Below are positions 37,018 through 45,509 of a stretch of 64,000 nucleotides of DNA, piece by piece. Where the stretch lies: positions 127,985-191,984 of the forward strand of contig NZ_JACABA010000006.1 of assembly GCF_013377015.1 (NCBI RefSeq), given 5' to 3'. Source of the DNA: Rhodopseudomonas sp. (GTDB lineage Bacteria; Pseudomonadota; Alphaproteobacteria; Rhizobiales; Xanthobacteraceae). The notes beneath the pieces are model-generated. The model ran no database searches. It worked only from the letters and a program-made list of their open reading frames with translations, and was not told the origin of the DNA. The translations under genes and the position numbers were made by a program. The stretch's first letter is position 1, and each line of letters starts with the position of its first letter.

Positions 37018-38427
37018 CTACCCGAACCTGCGCGAGGCGATCGCCGCGGGCGCCGGCGTGATGCCTGCGGTGCGGGAAGGGGTGTCGCCGCGCGGCCCCT
37101 GTTCGCCATGATGCGGCGGTTGCGCCATCAGCCGCAGGATATAGACCACGCCGGCGGTGAACACCGCGAAATACACGATGACGAAGGCGATCAGCGAGGA
37201 AGCGACTGCGGGCGCCGCCAGCGGTGAGGCGGATTCCACGGTGCGCAGCAGGCCGAACACCGTGAACGGCTGCCGCCCGGTCTCGGTGGTGATCCAGCCC
37301 GCCAGCACCGCGATGAAGCCGGCCGGTCCCATCATCAGCGCGAACAGGTGCAGCGGGCGGGAGCGAAACAGCGTGCCGCGGAAGCGGCTCCACAGGCTGA
37401 ACAGCCCGAGCCCCAGCATCAGGAACCCGATTCCGACCATCACCCGGAACGACCAGAAGGTGATCGGCACCGGCGGCCAGTCCTGTCGCGCGATGCTGTC
37501 GAGCCCGGCCAGCGGCGCATCCAGCGAATGTTTCAGGATCAGCGACGACAGTTTCGGGATTTGCAGCGCGTAGCGCACGCTGGCGGCATCCTGGTCCGGC
37601 AGCCCGAACAGGATCAGCGGCGCACCGTCGGGATGGCTCTGGTAGTGGCCTTCCATCGCCATCACTTTCGCCGGCTGATATTCCAGCGTATTCAGCCCGT
37701 GCTGGTCGCCGGCGAAGATCTGGATCGGCGCCACCAGCGTCGCCATCCACATCGCCATCGAAAACATCACCCGGGGGCCGGGACGGTGCGAATCGCGCAG
37801 CAGATGAAACGCGCCGACCGCGCCGACAACCAGCGCGGTGGTGAGATACGCCGCCAGCACCATATGCAGCAGCCGGTACGGGAATGACGGGTTGAAGATC
37901 AGCGCGAACCAATCGACCGCGACGAACTGGCCTTCGCCATTGACGGCGTAGCCCGCCGGGGTCTGCATCCAGGAATTGGCCGACAGTATCCAGAACGCCG
38001 AAATCAGCGTGCCGATCGCGACCATCAGCGTCGCAAGGAAATGCAGTTTGTGGCCGACCCGCTCCAGCCCGAACAGCATCACACCGAGAAACCCCGCCTC
38101 GAGGAAGAATGCCGTCAGCACCTCATAGGCCATCAGCGGGCCGAGCACCGGTCCGGTCTTGTCGGAGAACGCCGCCCAGTTGGTGCCGAACTGGTACGAC
38201 ATCACGATCCCGGAGACCACGCCCATGCCGAAGGCGATCGCGAAGATCTTCAGCCAGTAATTGAACAGGTTGATGAACACCTCGCGCCCGGTGGCGAGCC
38301 AGAGCGCTTCCAACACCGCGAGATAGGAGGCGAGCCCGATCGAGAACGCCGGGAACACGATGTGAAACGACATCGTGAACGCGAACTGCGCCCGCGCCAG
38401 TACAACGGCGTCCAAACCTTCGAACAT
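37018..38427 (-). CDS. cydA: cytochrome bd-type ubiquinol oxidase subunit I (short Q-loop, CIO-like length)
   Basis: 469 aa. LARAQFAFTMSFHIVFPAFSIGL, GPLMAYEVLTAFFLEAGFLG and GWITTETGRQPF motifs. Confidence 0.95.
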   Translation of the reverse strand: MFEGLDAVVLARAQFAFTMSFHIVFPAFSIGLASYLAVLEALWLATGREVFINLFNYWLKIFAIAFGMGVVSGIVMSYQFGTNWAAFSDKTGPVLGPLMAYEVLTAFFLEAGFLGVMLFGLERVGHKLHFLATLMVAIGTLISAFWILSANSWMQTPAGYAVNGEGQFVAVDWFALIFNPSFPYRLLHMVLAAYLTTALVVGAVGAFHLLRDSHRPGPRVMFSMAMWMATLVAPIQIFAGDQHGLNTLEYQPAKVMAMEGHYQSHPDGAPLILFGLPDQDAASVRYALQIPKLSSLILKHSLDAPLAGLDSIARQDWPPVPITFWSFRVMVGIGFLMLGLGLFSLWSRFRGTLFRSRPLHLFALMMGPAGFIAVLAGWITTETGRQPFTVFGLLRTVESASPLAAPAVASSLIAFVIVYFAVFTAGVVYILRLMAQPPHHGEQGPRGDTPSRTAGITPAPAAIASRRFG

Positions 38428-38507
38428 TCAGGCCACCCGACATCGCGACGACGACGCGGTGTAACACACCATCCACGACGATTGTATCGGCGCGGATGGG
38501 ATGCTGC

Positions 38508-39086
38508 CTAGCTGCTGGCGTTGAGCAGGCGGCCGACCAGACGATCCATCTCGTCATACTGGCCTTCGCCGTCGTGCTGGTAGATCACGGTTCCGTTCTG
38601 GTCGACGAGGTATTGCGCCGGCCAGTACTGATTCTGATAGGCGTTCCAGGTCTTCGAATCGTTATCCTGCGCCACCGGATAGGTAATACCGTGACGCTTC
38701 AGCGCGGCCTTGACGTTCGACGCCGATTTCTCGAACGGGAATTCCGGGGTGTGGATGCCGACCACGACCAGCCCCTTGTCTTTGTATTTGGCGTAGAGCT
38801 CAACGACGTGCGGCAGCGAGCGAACGCAATTGACGCAGCCATAGGTCCAGAAATTCACCAGCACCACCTTGCCGCGCAGGCTCGCGATCGAAAGCGGCGC
38901 CGAGTTGAACCAGGTGTCAATGCCGACGAAATTCGGCGCGGTACCCTGCGCCGCGGCGACTTGAAACGGCGCTGGTTGTTTTGCCGCGAGCTCGGCAGCG
39001 ATGCCAGGCGTCATCGCGCCGAACACAGCGAGAGATATTACCGAAGCAAGCGTCGCGAGCGATCGTATCGAGATGGCAGTGTTCAT
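38508..39086 (-). CDS. periplasmic thioredoxin-fold protein (TlpA / DipZ C-terminal-like)
   Basis: Signal peptide. VVLVNFWTYGCVNCVRSLPHV contains a CxxC motif. YPVAQDN..WNAY..WPA motifs. Confidence 0.85.
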   Translation of the reverse strand: MNTAISIRSLATLASVISLAVFGAMTPGIAAELAAKQPAPFQVAAAQGTAPNFVGIDTWFNSAPLSIASLRGKVVLVNFWTYGCVNCVRSLPHVVELYAKYKDKGLVVVGIHTPEFPFEKSASNVKAALKRHGITYPVAQDNDSKTWNAYQNQYWPAQYLVDQNGTVIYQHDGEGQYDEMDRLVGRLLNASS

Positions 39087-39108
39087 GGCAGTCTCCGGGG
39101 TGAGGTTG

Positions 39109-39804
39109 TCACAGGCCGATCTGGCCGGTCGGGTAAAATCCTGTCAGCCACGCCACGATCTCGGCGTCGTACTGAAAATAGGAGGCGAGCGCGAAGCCGA
39201 TCACGACGACGCCGAAGCCCTGCTGCAGCCTTGGCGAAATCCGCGCCACGCCGCGGACCCGGGCGACCACGGTCTGGCCGCCATATGCGATCGCCAGCAT
39301 CGGCAGCGCCGCGCCGATCGCATAGGTGACGAGCAGCGTGCCGGCCCAGGCGGTGTCTTTCGAGGTGGCGACCACGGTCAGGATCGATCCGAGCACCGGG
39401 CCGGCGCAGGGCGTCCACACCAGTCCCAGCGTGGTGCCGAGCACGAGGCCGCCGATATTGTCCTGGCGCGCGGCGAGCCCGCCGCCGAGGCCGGAAAATC
39501 CGCCGATCCGGCTCCACCAATGTTCGAACGGCGACGGCCAGATCATCAGCAGCCCGAAGCCGAGCAACAGCACCGCGGCGGCACTGCGCAGCCAATTGGG
39601 ATCGAAATCGACGATCCGGGTGAGCCAGCTCAGCGCCAGCGCCACGGTCGAGAACGACAGCACGAAGCCGAGCGCGATCAGCGCCGGCCGCGCCGTACCG
39701 GAGTGGCCGAGCGAGGCGCCGAGCAGGATCGGCAGCATCGGCAGCGTGCACGGCGCAGCGATGGTGGCGACGCCGGCGAGCAAGGCAAGAACGAGATTGA
39801 ACAT
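39109..39804 (-). CDS. cytochrome c biogenesis thiol-disulfide transporter CcdA/DsbD-core
   Basis: 231 aa, 6 TM helices. Conserved APCTLPMLP and TPCAGPVLG Cys motifs. Confidence 0.9.
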   Translation of the reverse strand: MFNLVLALLAGVATIAAPCTLPMLPILLGASLGHSGTARPALIALGFVLSFSTVALALSWLTRIVDFDPNWLRSAAAVLLLGFGLLMIWPSPFEHWWSRIGGFSGLGGGLAARQDNIGGLVLGTTLGLVWTPCAGPVLGSILTVVATSKDTAWAGTLLVTYAIGAALPMLAIAYGGQTVVARVRGVARISPRLQQGFGVVVIGFALASYFQYDAEIVAWLTGFYPTGQIGL

Positions 39805-40162
39805 CGAACAACCCCCGGCGCGCGATCCCGGTGACGACCGGGACGAATGTCGCGTGCCATGAGGTTGTTCGGCTGCGACGGTCGTTGCGTTACGCGGACA
39901 CCGTCACGTCTGCGTGAGAGCGTTGCCGCATCGGGCCCGGACGCAAGACGACCCGGAAGGGGGGCATCCCGTCCGGGTCGCTGGAGGTTTGGCTTGGTAA
40001 CGAAGCGTTAAATCAGCGCAGCGCGGTTTCGCCGTCGAACAAAATCACGCGGACCTCTGCTGGATTGTCTAGCAGCGAAGTCTTTCCGCATTGTGTTGCC
40101 GATCGTTTCATTTGTGTCGTCGCCGGCAAGGTTTGCGGCAAGATTCGCCGCGACGGTCGGGC

Positions 40163-40774
40163 TCACGCCGCCAGGTTCTCGACGCCGTGGCTCTTCAGCA
40201 ATTCGGCAAGCTGCTTACGCGCATAGAACATCCGGGTCTTCACCGTGCTCTGCGGAATGCCGATGATCCGGCCCGCCTCCTCCACCGACTTCTCGTGGTA
40301 GTAGACAAGGTTGATGATCTCGCGATGGGCCGGCGACAGCTTGGCGACGCAGGCGCGCAGGATGGCGCTGGTTCGGCTGCGGTCCAATGCCTGTTCGGGC
40401 GTGTCGGCGCCGTCGACGATTTCGAGCACGTCGTTCTGGTCGATGTCCTCGTGCGGGCGCTGGCGCAATGCACTCAGCGCCTTGAAGCGCGCGATCGACA
40501 ATAGCCAGGTCGAAACCTGGGAGCGGCCCTCGAACTGGCCGGCGGTGCGCCAGACATCGAGGAACACCTGGCTGACCAGGTCCTCTGAAGTCGCGGTGTC
40601 ACGCACCATCCGCAGGATGAAACGGTAAACTCGCACATTGTGACGGGCATACAGGGTGTGCATCGCAGTCCTGTCGCCGGAGGCAATGCTGACCAACAGC
40701 ATTTCATCCGTGGTCGCCCGCGCGGCGAGGATGCCCTGGCGGCCCGCGTCGTTGAGGGCGATGACGTTCTGCAT
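40163..40774 (-). CDS. ECF-type RNA polymerase sigma factor
   Basis: 203 aa. Region 2 (YRFILRMVRDTATSEDLVSQVFLDVW, STWLLSIARFKAL) and region 4 (REIINLVYYHEKSVEEAGRIIGIPQSTVKTRMFYARKQL). Confidence 0.9.
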   Translation of the reverse strand: MQNVIALNDAGRQGILAARATTDEMLLVSIASGDRTAMHTLYARHNVRVYRFILRMVRDTATSEDLVSQVFLDVWRTAGQFEGRSQVSTWLLSIARFKALSALRQRPHEDIDQNDVLEIVDGADTPEQALDRSRTSAILRACVAKLSPAHREIINLVYYHEKSVEEAGRIIGIPQSTVKTRMFYARKQLAELLKSHGVENLAA

Positions 40775-40954
40775 GACCAGCTCCCGTGATGCACCGCTGC
40801 GGCGGCTTCGTTGGGAGGATTACTAGGCAGCGCGCGTTTCAGGACGTCTGCGCCAAAAGCGGAAAATGGTTTCGTCGGCGTCGGAATGTGTCGTCGGCCC
40901 CGCCGCGACGACATATTGGACCGAAAAGCCCAGCAATTTCAGCGGTTAATTTTG

Positions 40955-40970
40955 TGTGATGGAAATCACA
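40955..40970. promoter_or_regulatory. perfect CRP/FNR-family-type palindrome TGTGA-N6-TCACA
   Basis: TGTGATGGAAATCACA, extended arms GTGTGAT/ATCACAC. Overlaps the RR stop codon (40966-40968), 181 bp upstream of the ECF sigma ATG. Confidence 0.3.
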
Positions 40971-41712
40971 CTGGGTCCGCGGTGGGAGAGAACAGGTAGC
41001 CCCCGCCGCGGATGGTGCGGATCACCGCCGGCTTGGTCGGATCGGGCTCGATCTTGCGCCGGATCCGCATGATCCGCAGGTCGACCGCGCGGTCGAACGC
41101 CTCGCTGTCGCGGGCATTGGCCAGCTCCAGCAGTCGCTCGCGCGACAGCACCCGCTTCGGATTGGCGGCGAATACCCTGAGCAATCCGAATTCGGAGGCG
41201 GTCAGCGGGTGTTCGTTGCCGTCGTCGTCGCGTAGTGCCTGGGCTTCGAGATCGAGCCATTTGGTGCCGAACCGCACCAGCCGATCCTTCGCCGCGGTCG
41301 CGGCGGCGGCGGCCGGGCCGGCTGCCGCGGCCGGCTTTGCCGGCGCGCTCCGCCGCAGCACCGACCGGATCCGCGCCATCAATTCGCGCAACTCGCAAGG
41401 CTTGGCGATGTAATCGTCGGCGCCGAGTTCGAGCCCGACGACGCGGTCGATCGGGCTCGCGGTCGCCGTCAGCATGATCACCGGGACGTTGGTGCGCGCC
41501 TTGAGGTCGCGGATGATCGACAGCCCGTCTTCCTCCGGCATGTTGAGGTCGAGCACCACGAGGTCCGGCACGGAGGCTTCGATCGCGCCGCGCAGGCTCT
41601 TGCCGCCGTCGCACAGCGTCACCGTGAAGCCGTGCATCCGCAGATAGTCGCCGACCATTTCGCGGGCCGGGGCTTCGTCGTCCACCACGATGATGTGCGG
41701 GTTCTGGCTCAT
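40966..41712 (-). CDS. OmpR-family response regulator
   Basis: ATG at 41712 (ATGA overlap with the kinase stop). IIVVDDE, LVVLDLNMPEEDG, VIMLTA and IAKPC receiver motifs. Ala/Pro-rich linker. Winged helix (LTASEFGLLRVF, RGGGYLF). Confidence 0.9.
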   Translation of the reverse strand: MSQNPHIIVVDDEAPAREMVGDYLRMHGFTVTLCDGGKSLRGAIEASVPDLVVLDLNMPEEDGLSIIRDLKARTNVPVIMLTATASPIDRVVGLELGADDYIAKPCELRELMARIRSVLRRSAPAKPAAAAGPAAAAATAAKDRLVRFGTKWLDLEAQALRDDDGNEHPLTASEFGLLRVFAANPKRVLSRERLLELANARDSEAFDRAVDLRIMRIRRKIEPDPTKPAVIRTIRGGGYLFSPTADPV

Positions 41713-43454
41713 GACGCGGACGCCGTCGGCAGGATGATGGTGAAGGTGGCGCCGTCGCCGGGTCCGGGGCTGTCGGCGCTGACATTGCCGCCATGCATGT
41801 CGACGATCTTCTTGACGATCGACAGGCCGAGCCCGGTGGAGCTTTCGCCCGCGGTTGGTTTCGCCGACAGCCGTTGAAACCGGCCGAACAGCCGGCCGAG
41901 ATCCTCGGGCGACAGGCCGGCGCCCTGGTCGGTGACGCGAATTACGGTGCCGTTGTCGTCGCTTTCGACCTGCAGCAGGATGGTGCCGCCGATCGGGCTG
42001 TATTTGACGGCGTTGCTGACCAGATTGTCGATCGCCTCCCGCATCCGGTCGGAATCGCACATCGCGATCTGCGCCGCCGGGGTCGTGACCTCGATCACCT
42101 GCTGCTTGTTGCGCGCCAGCGGCCGGTTCGCCTCGGCGACTTCGCTGACCAATGCGGCGAGATCGATCGGCTCACGGCGGATCGTGATGTCGAACGCATC
42201 CGCCATGGCGTCGGAAATCAGATGGTCCACCATCGAGGTCAGCCGCCTTGTCGCGTCGCGGATATGTTCGACCTGCGCGGTGACGCTTTCCTTCGAGGCA
42301 TCGGCGCCGATCAGTTCGGTCAGCATTTCGGTGCGGCCCAGAATCACCCCGAGCGGGTTCTTCAGATCGTGGGCGACGGTGCCGAGAATCTCGTTCTTGA
42401 AGCCGTTGGCGCGCTGCAGCCGCAGCCATTGCGTCGACAGCCGGCGGTTGGCTTGGGTCAGCGCTCGGGTGCGCTGCGCCACCCGCTCTTCGAGCTGGGT
42501 GTTGGCCTCGTGCAGTTGCTGATAGAGAATGACGTTGTCGAATGCGATCGACAGCCGGCTGCCGAAGATCTCAACCAGCGAGCGGTCGGTGTCCGACAGT
42601 TCGCGTTCGGCCTGCAGCAGCACGACGACTTCGCGGCCGCTGCCGGTGCGGATATAGAGCACGGTGCGCTGATCGGCGAATTCATGTTTGCGGCGGCGGA
42701 ACGCCTCCTCGACCATCTGCCGCAGATCGGCATCGAGCGGGTTGGTGCCAGCGCGGCCGATGAAGCGGCTGTAGCAGCCCGAGCCGGCCAGCACCGAGAA
42801 ATCGTCGCCGACCACGCCGCTGTCGCGCAGCACCAGAATGCCGGCGCAGTCGACATTGAGCAACGAGGCGATCTGCGTCAGCACGCCCTCGGCGAGCCGC
42901 TGCATCGACTTGAAATCGTACAAGGTCGAGGCCGCGTCGATGATGATCTCCAGCCCGCGCCTGGTCTGCACCATGCGCTCGAGCTGCTGGTAGCTGCGCA
43001 GCGCCGCGGTCAGCGAGGTGAACAGCTTGTCGGCGGTCAGCTCGGTCTTGGCCTTGTAGTCGTTGATGTCGTAGTCGACGATCACGCGCCGCTCCGGCGC
43101 CTGGCCCGGCTGGCCGGTGCGCAGGATAATCCGTACCGTCTCATTCTTGATCTCGTTGCGGATGTACTCGACCAGATCGAGTCCGGCGGCGTCGGTTTCC
43201 ATGATGACGTCGAGCAGCACCGCGGCGATGTCCGGATGCTGGCGCATCAGCACCCGCCCCTCGGCCGCCGAGTAGGCCGACAGGATTTCGAGGCCCTGAC
43301 CGTTCAGGCTGTAGTCGCTGAGCGCGAACCTTGTGCCCTCATGAACCGCCTGGTCGTCGTCGATCACCGCGATTTTCCATCTGCGCGCGTTGGATTCGTC
43401 CGGCTCCGGCCCGCTGTCTTCGATCAGCTGGAGGATATCGTCCTGGTTGGCCAT
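41709..43454 (-). CDS. hybrid sensor kinase: N-terminal receiver (DUF3369-like REC) - GAF - HisKA - HATPase
   Basis: 581 aa. REC motifs IAVIDDD, LLDVIM, ILRTGQ, DYKAK. A GAF-like middle region. H-box VAHDLKNPLG, N-box DNLVSNAVKYS, G-boxes DQGAGL and GLGLSIV. Confidence 0.9.
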   Translation of the reverse strand: MANQDDILQLIEDSGPEPDESNARRWKIAVIDDDQAVHEGTRFALSDYSLNGQGLEILSAYSAAEGRVLMRQHPDIAAVLLDVIMETDAAGLDLVEYIRNEIKNETVRIILRTGQPGQAPERRVIVDYDINDYKAKTELTADKLFTSLTAALRSYQQLERMVQTRRGLEIIIDAASTLYDFKSMQRLAEGVLTQIASLLNVDCAGILVLRDSGVVGDDFSVLAGSGCYSRFIGRAGTNPLDADLRQMVEEAFRRRKHEFADQRTVLYIRTGSGREVVVLLQAERELSDTDRSLVEIFGSRLSIAFDNVILYQQLHEANTQLEERVAQRTRALTQANRRLSTQWLRLQRANGFKNEILGTVAHDLKNPLGVILGRTEMLTELIGADASKESVTAQVEHIRDATRRLTSMVDHLISDAMADAFDITIRREPIDLAALVSEVAEANRPLARNKQQVIEVTTPAAQIAMCDSDRMREAIDNLVSNAVKYSPIGGTILLQVESDDNGTVIRVTDQGAGLSPEDLGRLFGRFQRLSAKPTAGESSTGLGLSIVKKIVDMHGGNVSADSPGPGDGATFTIILPTASAS

Positions 43455-45508
43455 TGCAGGTTTCCGTCGATTGCGGGGTCGGCGTCGGGGCTGCCGCCGG
43501 TGGCGGTGCGCGGCATGATAATGCGAAAGGTGGTGCCTTGTCCCAGCCTTGATTCCAGCATCATGCGACCGCCGAGCTGTTGGGTTACCAGATTATAGAC
43601 GATGTGCAGGCCGAGCCCGGTGCCGCCCTCGTTGCGGCGCGTGGTGAAGAACGGATCGAACGCCTGGCGCTGCACGTCCGGGGTCATGCCGGCGCCGTTA
43701 TCGGCGAAGATGATCTCGATGTCGTCGGCGCCGCGCGGCCTTGCGGTGATCGAGATCGCGCCGGATCGGCCGTCCGGGAAGGCGTGGTTGGCGGCGTTGA
43801 GAAACAGGTTGGTGAGGATCTGCCCGTAGGAGCCGGGATAGCCGTCGATCACCAGGCCCTCCGGCACATCGACGGTCAGGGCGATCGACGATCGCTTCAA
43901 CACCGGCCGCAGGCTGGCGATGATCTGGTCGGTGGCCTCGTGCAGGCTGAATTGCCGGCGCTCGGCGTGCGAGCGGTCGACCGCGACCTGCTTGAACGAC
44001 TGGATCAGCTCGGCGGCGCGCTGCAGATTTCCCACCAGCTGCTGCGCGGCGTCGCGCGCGCTGCGGACGAATTCCTCGAGCTGCGAACGGCGCAGCGGTG
44101 CCTCGGATTTCAGTTCGCTCTCGAATATGCTCGCCTTGCGCGCGAAACTCGACGCCACCGTGAGGCTGATCCCGATCGGATTGTTGACCTCATGGGCGAC
44201 GCCGGCGACCAGTCCGCCGAGAGCCGCTAGCCGTTCGGCGTCGATCAGGTTCTGCTGCGCGGCGTTGAGCTCCAGAAGCGCGCTTTCGGCCTTTTCCTTG
44301 GATGCGCGCAGATCGTCCTCGGCCTGGCGCTTGTCGATGGCGTTTTCGCGGAACACCTCCACCGCGCGGGCCATCGCGCCGACCTCGTCGCGGGCATTGG
44401 TGCCGGCGACGCGGCGATCGTAATCGCCGCCGGTGATGGCGTGCATCGACGCCAGAATCTGCTGCAGCGGCAGCCGGATGCTCAGCGCGATCAAGGTGCC
44501 GACGGTCATGATGATGCCGAGGAAGATCACCGCGATCGATAGCACCTTGCGCGAAATGTCGGCCAGGGTCCGGTCGAAGGTCTCCTGCGCCTTCTGCTCG
44601 CGCTGCCGCATCTTCACCGACAGTCCGTCGATCGCGCCGATCGTCGCCGCCTGGCTGTCGTCGATCGAGTTGCGCAACAGGTCGCTGCGGCTGACGAGTT
44701 GCTCGGACAGTTTCCCGAGACCGTCGCGCAACGCCATGGTGCGCGCCTTCAGCCGCTGCAGCGCCATGCGCTGCAGGTCGTTGTCGGCGAGATCGACCAT
44801 CACCGGGATGGTGCGTTCGATGGTGTCGGTGTTGCGGCTGGCGTCCTCGGCGGAAGCGGTCGACAGCGAAAGATAGTACGAGTTGGCCGCGACCAGCAGC
44901 GCGGTGAACGCCTCGCGCGAGCGGCCAAGCGGCGGCCAGATCAGCGCGTCGCGTCGTCCGGTGGCGCCCTCGATGATCGAATACAGCCCCGCCATGTCGC
45001 GGGCCGGCCCCAGCACCTGGTCCTCATAGGTGTTCTTGATCTTGGTCTGCAACGCGCGCAGGTCGCCGAAGCCGTTGAGGAAGCGTTCGGTGACGCGCTC
45101 GAGTTCTGCGACCGAACCCGACAGCATCGGGTCGGTCGAGGCACGCGTCGTCAAGGTCCCGAGCACCGCTTCGCGCAGCAGCAGGATTTCCGCGAACAGG
45201 TCCGGGCTCGGCTGGTTGATATAGCGATGGATCAGGTTTTGCAGCCGGCCGGTCTCGCTCTCCAGCAACGCCAGGATCTTGTCCGACTCCCGCACCTGCC
45301 GCACGTCATCCCAGGCCGAACTCAACACCTGGGCGCCGCTCCAGATCAGGCTCGCCAGCACCAGCACCACCGCGGAATTCAGCGCGGCGATCGACAGGAT
45401 GCGCCAGCGAATCGGCACGGCACGGACCAACCCGACGATGCCGCTGTCGCGCGCCGCCAGCCTGGCCGGTTCGTCGATCTCGTCCTGACGCGGTGTTACC
45501 GGGTCCAA
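43424..45508 (-). CDS. membrane sensor histidine kinase with large helical periplasmic domain and HAMP
   Basis: 694 aa, TTG start at 45508. TM1 ~35-57, periplasmic ~58-321 (helix-rich), TM2 ~322-344, HAMP. H-box GVAHEVNNPIG, N-box LNAANHA, G-boxes DNGAGM and GTGLGLHIV. 31-nt overlap with the next kinase gene. Confidence 0.85.
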   Translation of the reverse strand: MDPVTPRQDEIDEPARLAARDSGIVGLVRAVPIRWRILSIAALNSAVVLVLASLIWSGAQVLSSAWDDVRQVRESDKILALLESETGRLQNLIHRYINQPSPDLFAEILLLREAVLGTLTTRASTDPMLSGSVAELERVTERFLNGFGDLRALQTKIKNTYEDQVLGPARDMAGLYSIIEGATGRRDALIWPPLGRSREAFTALLVAANSYYLSLSTASAEDASRNTDTIERTIPVMVDLADNDLQRMALQRLKARTMALRDGLGKLSEQLVSRSDLLRNSIDDSQAATIGAIDGLSVKMRQREQKAQETFDRTLADISRKVLSIAVIFLGIIMTVGTLIALSIRLPLQQILASMHAITGGDYDRRVAGTNARDEVGAMARAVEVFRENAIDKRQAEDDLRASKEKAESALLELNAAQQNLIDAERLAALGGLVAGVAHEVNNPIGISLTVASSFARKASIFESELKSEAPLRRSQLEEFVRSARDAAQQLVGNLQRAAELIQSFKQVAVDRSHAERRQFSLHEATDQIIASLRPVLKRSSIALTVDVPEGLVIDGYPGSYGQILTNLFLNAANHAFPDGRSGAISITARPRGADDIEIIFADNGAGMTPDVQRQAFDPFFTTRRNEGGTGLGLHIVYNLVTQQLGGRMMLESRLGQGTTFRIIMPRTATGGSPDADPAIDGNLQWPTRTISSS

Positions 45509-45509
45509 T

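Noticed and set aside
40013-40111. 32-codon ORF downstream of the ECF sigma gene, a possible mini anti-sigma factor.
   Set aside because: It has a very low GC3 in its first half, unlike all confident genes here. It has no TM segment, zinc-binding motif or anti-sigma-domain motif, and no convincing RBS. It is kept only as a note inside the spacer finding.
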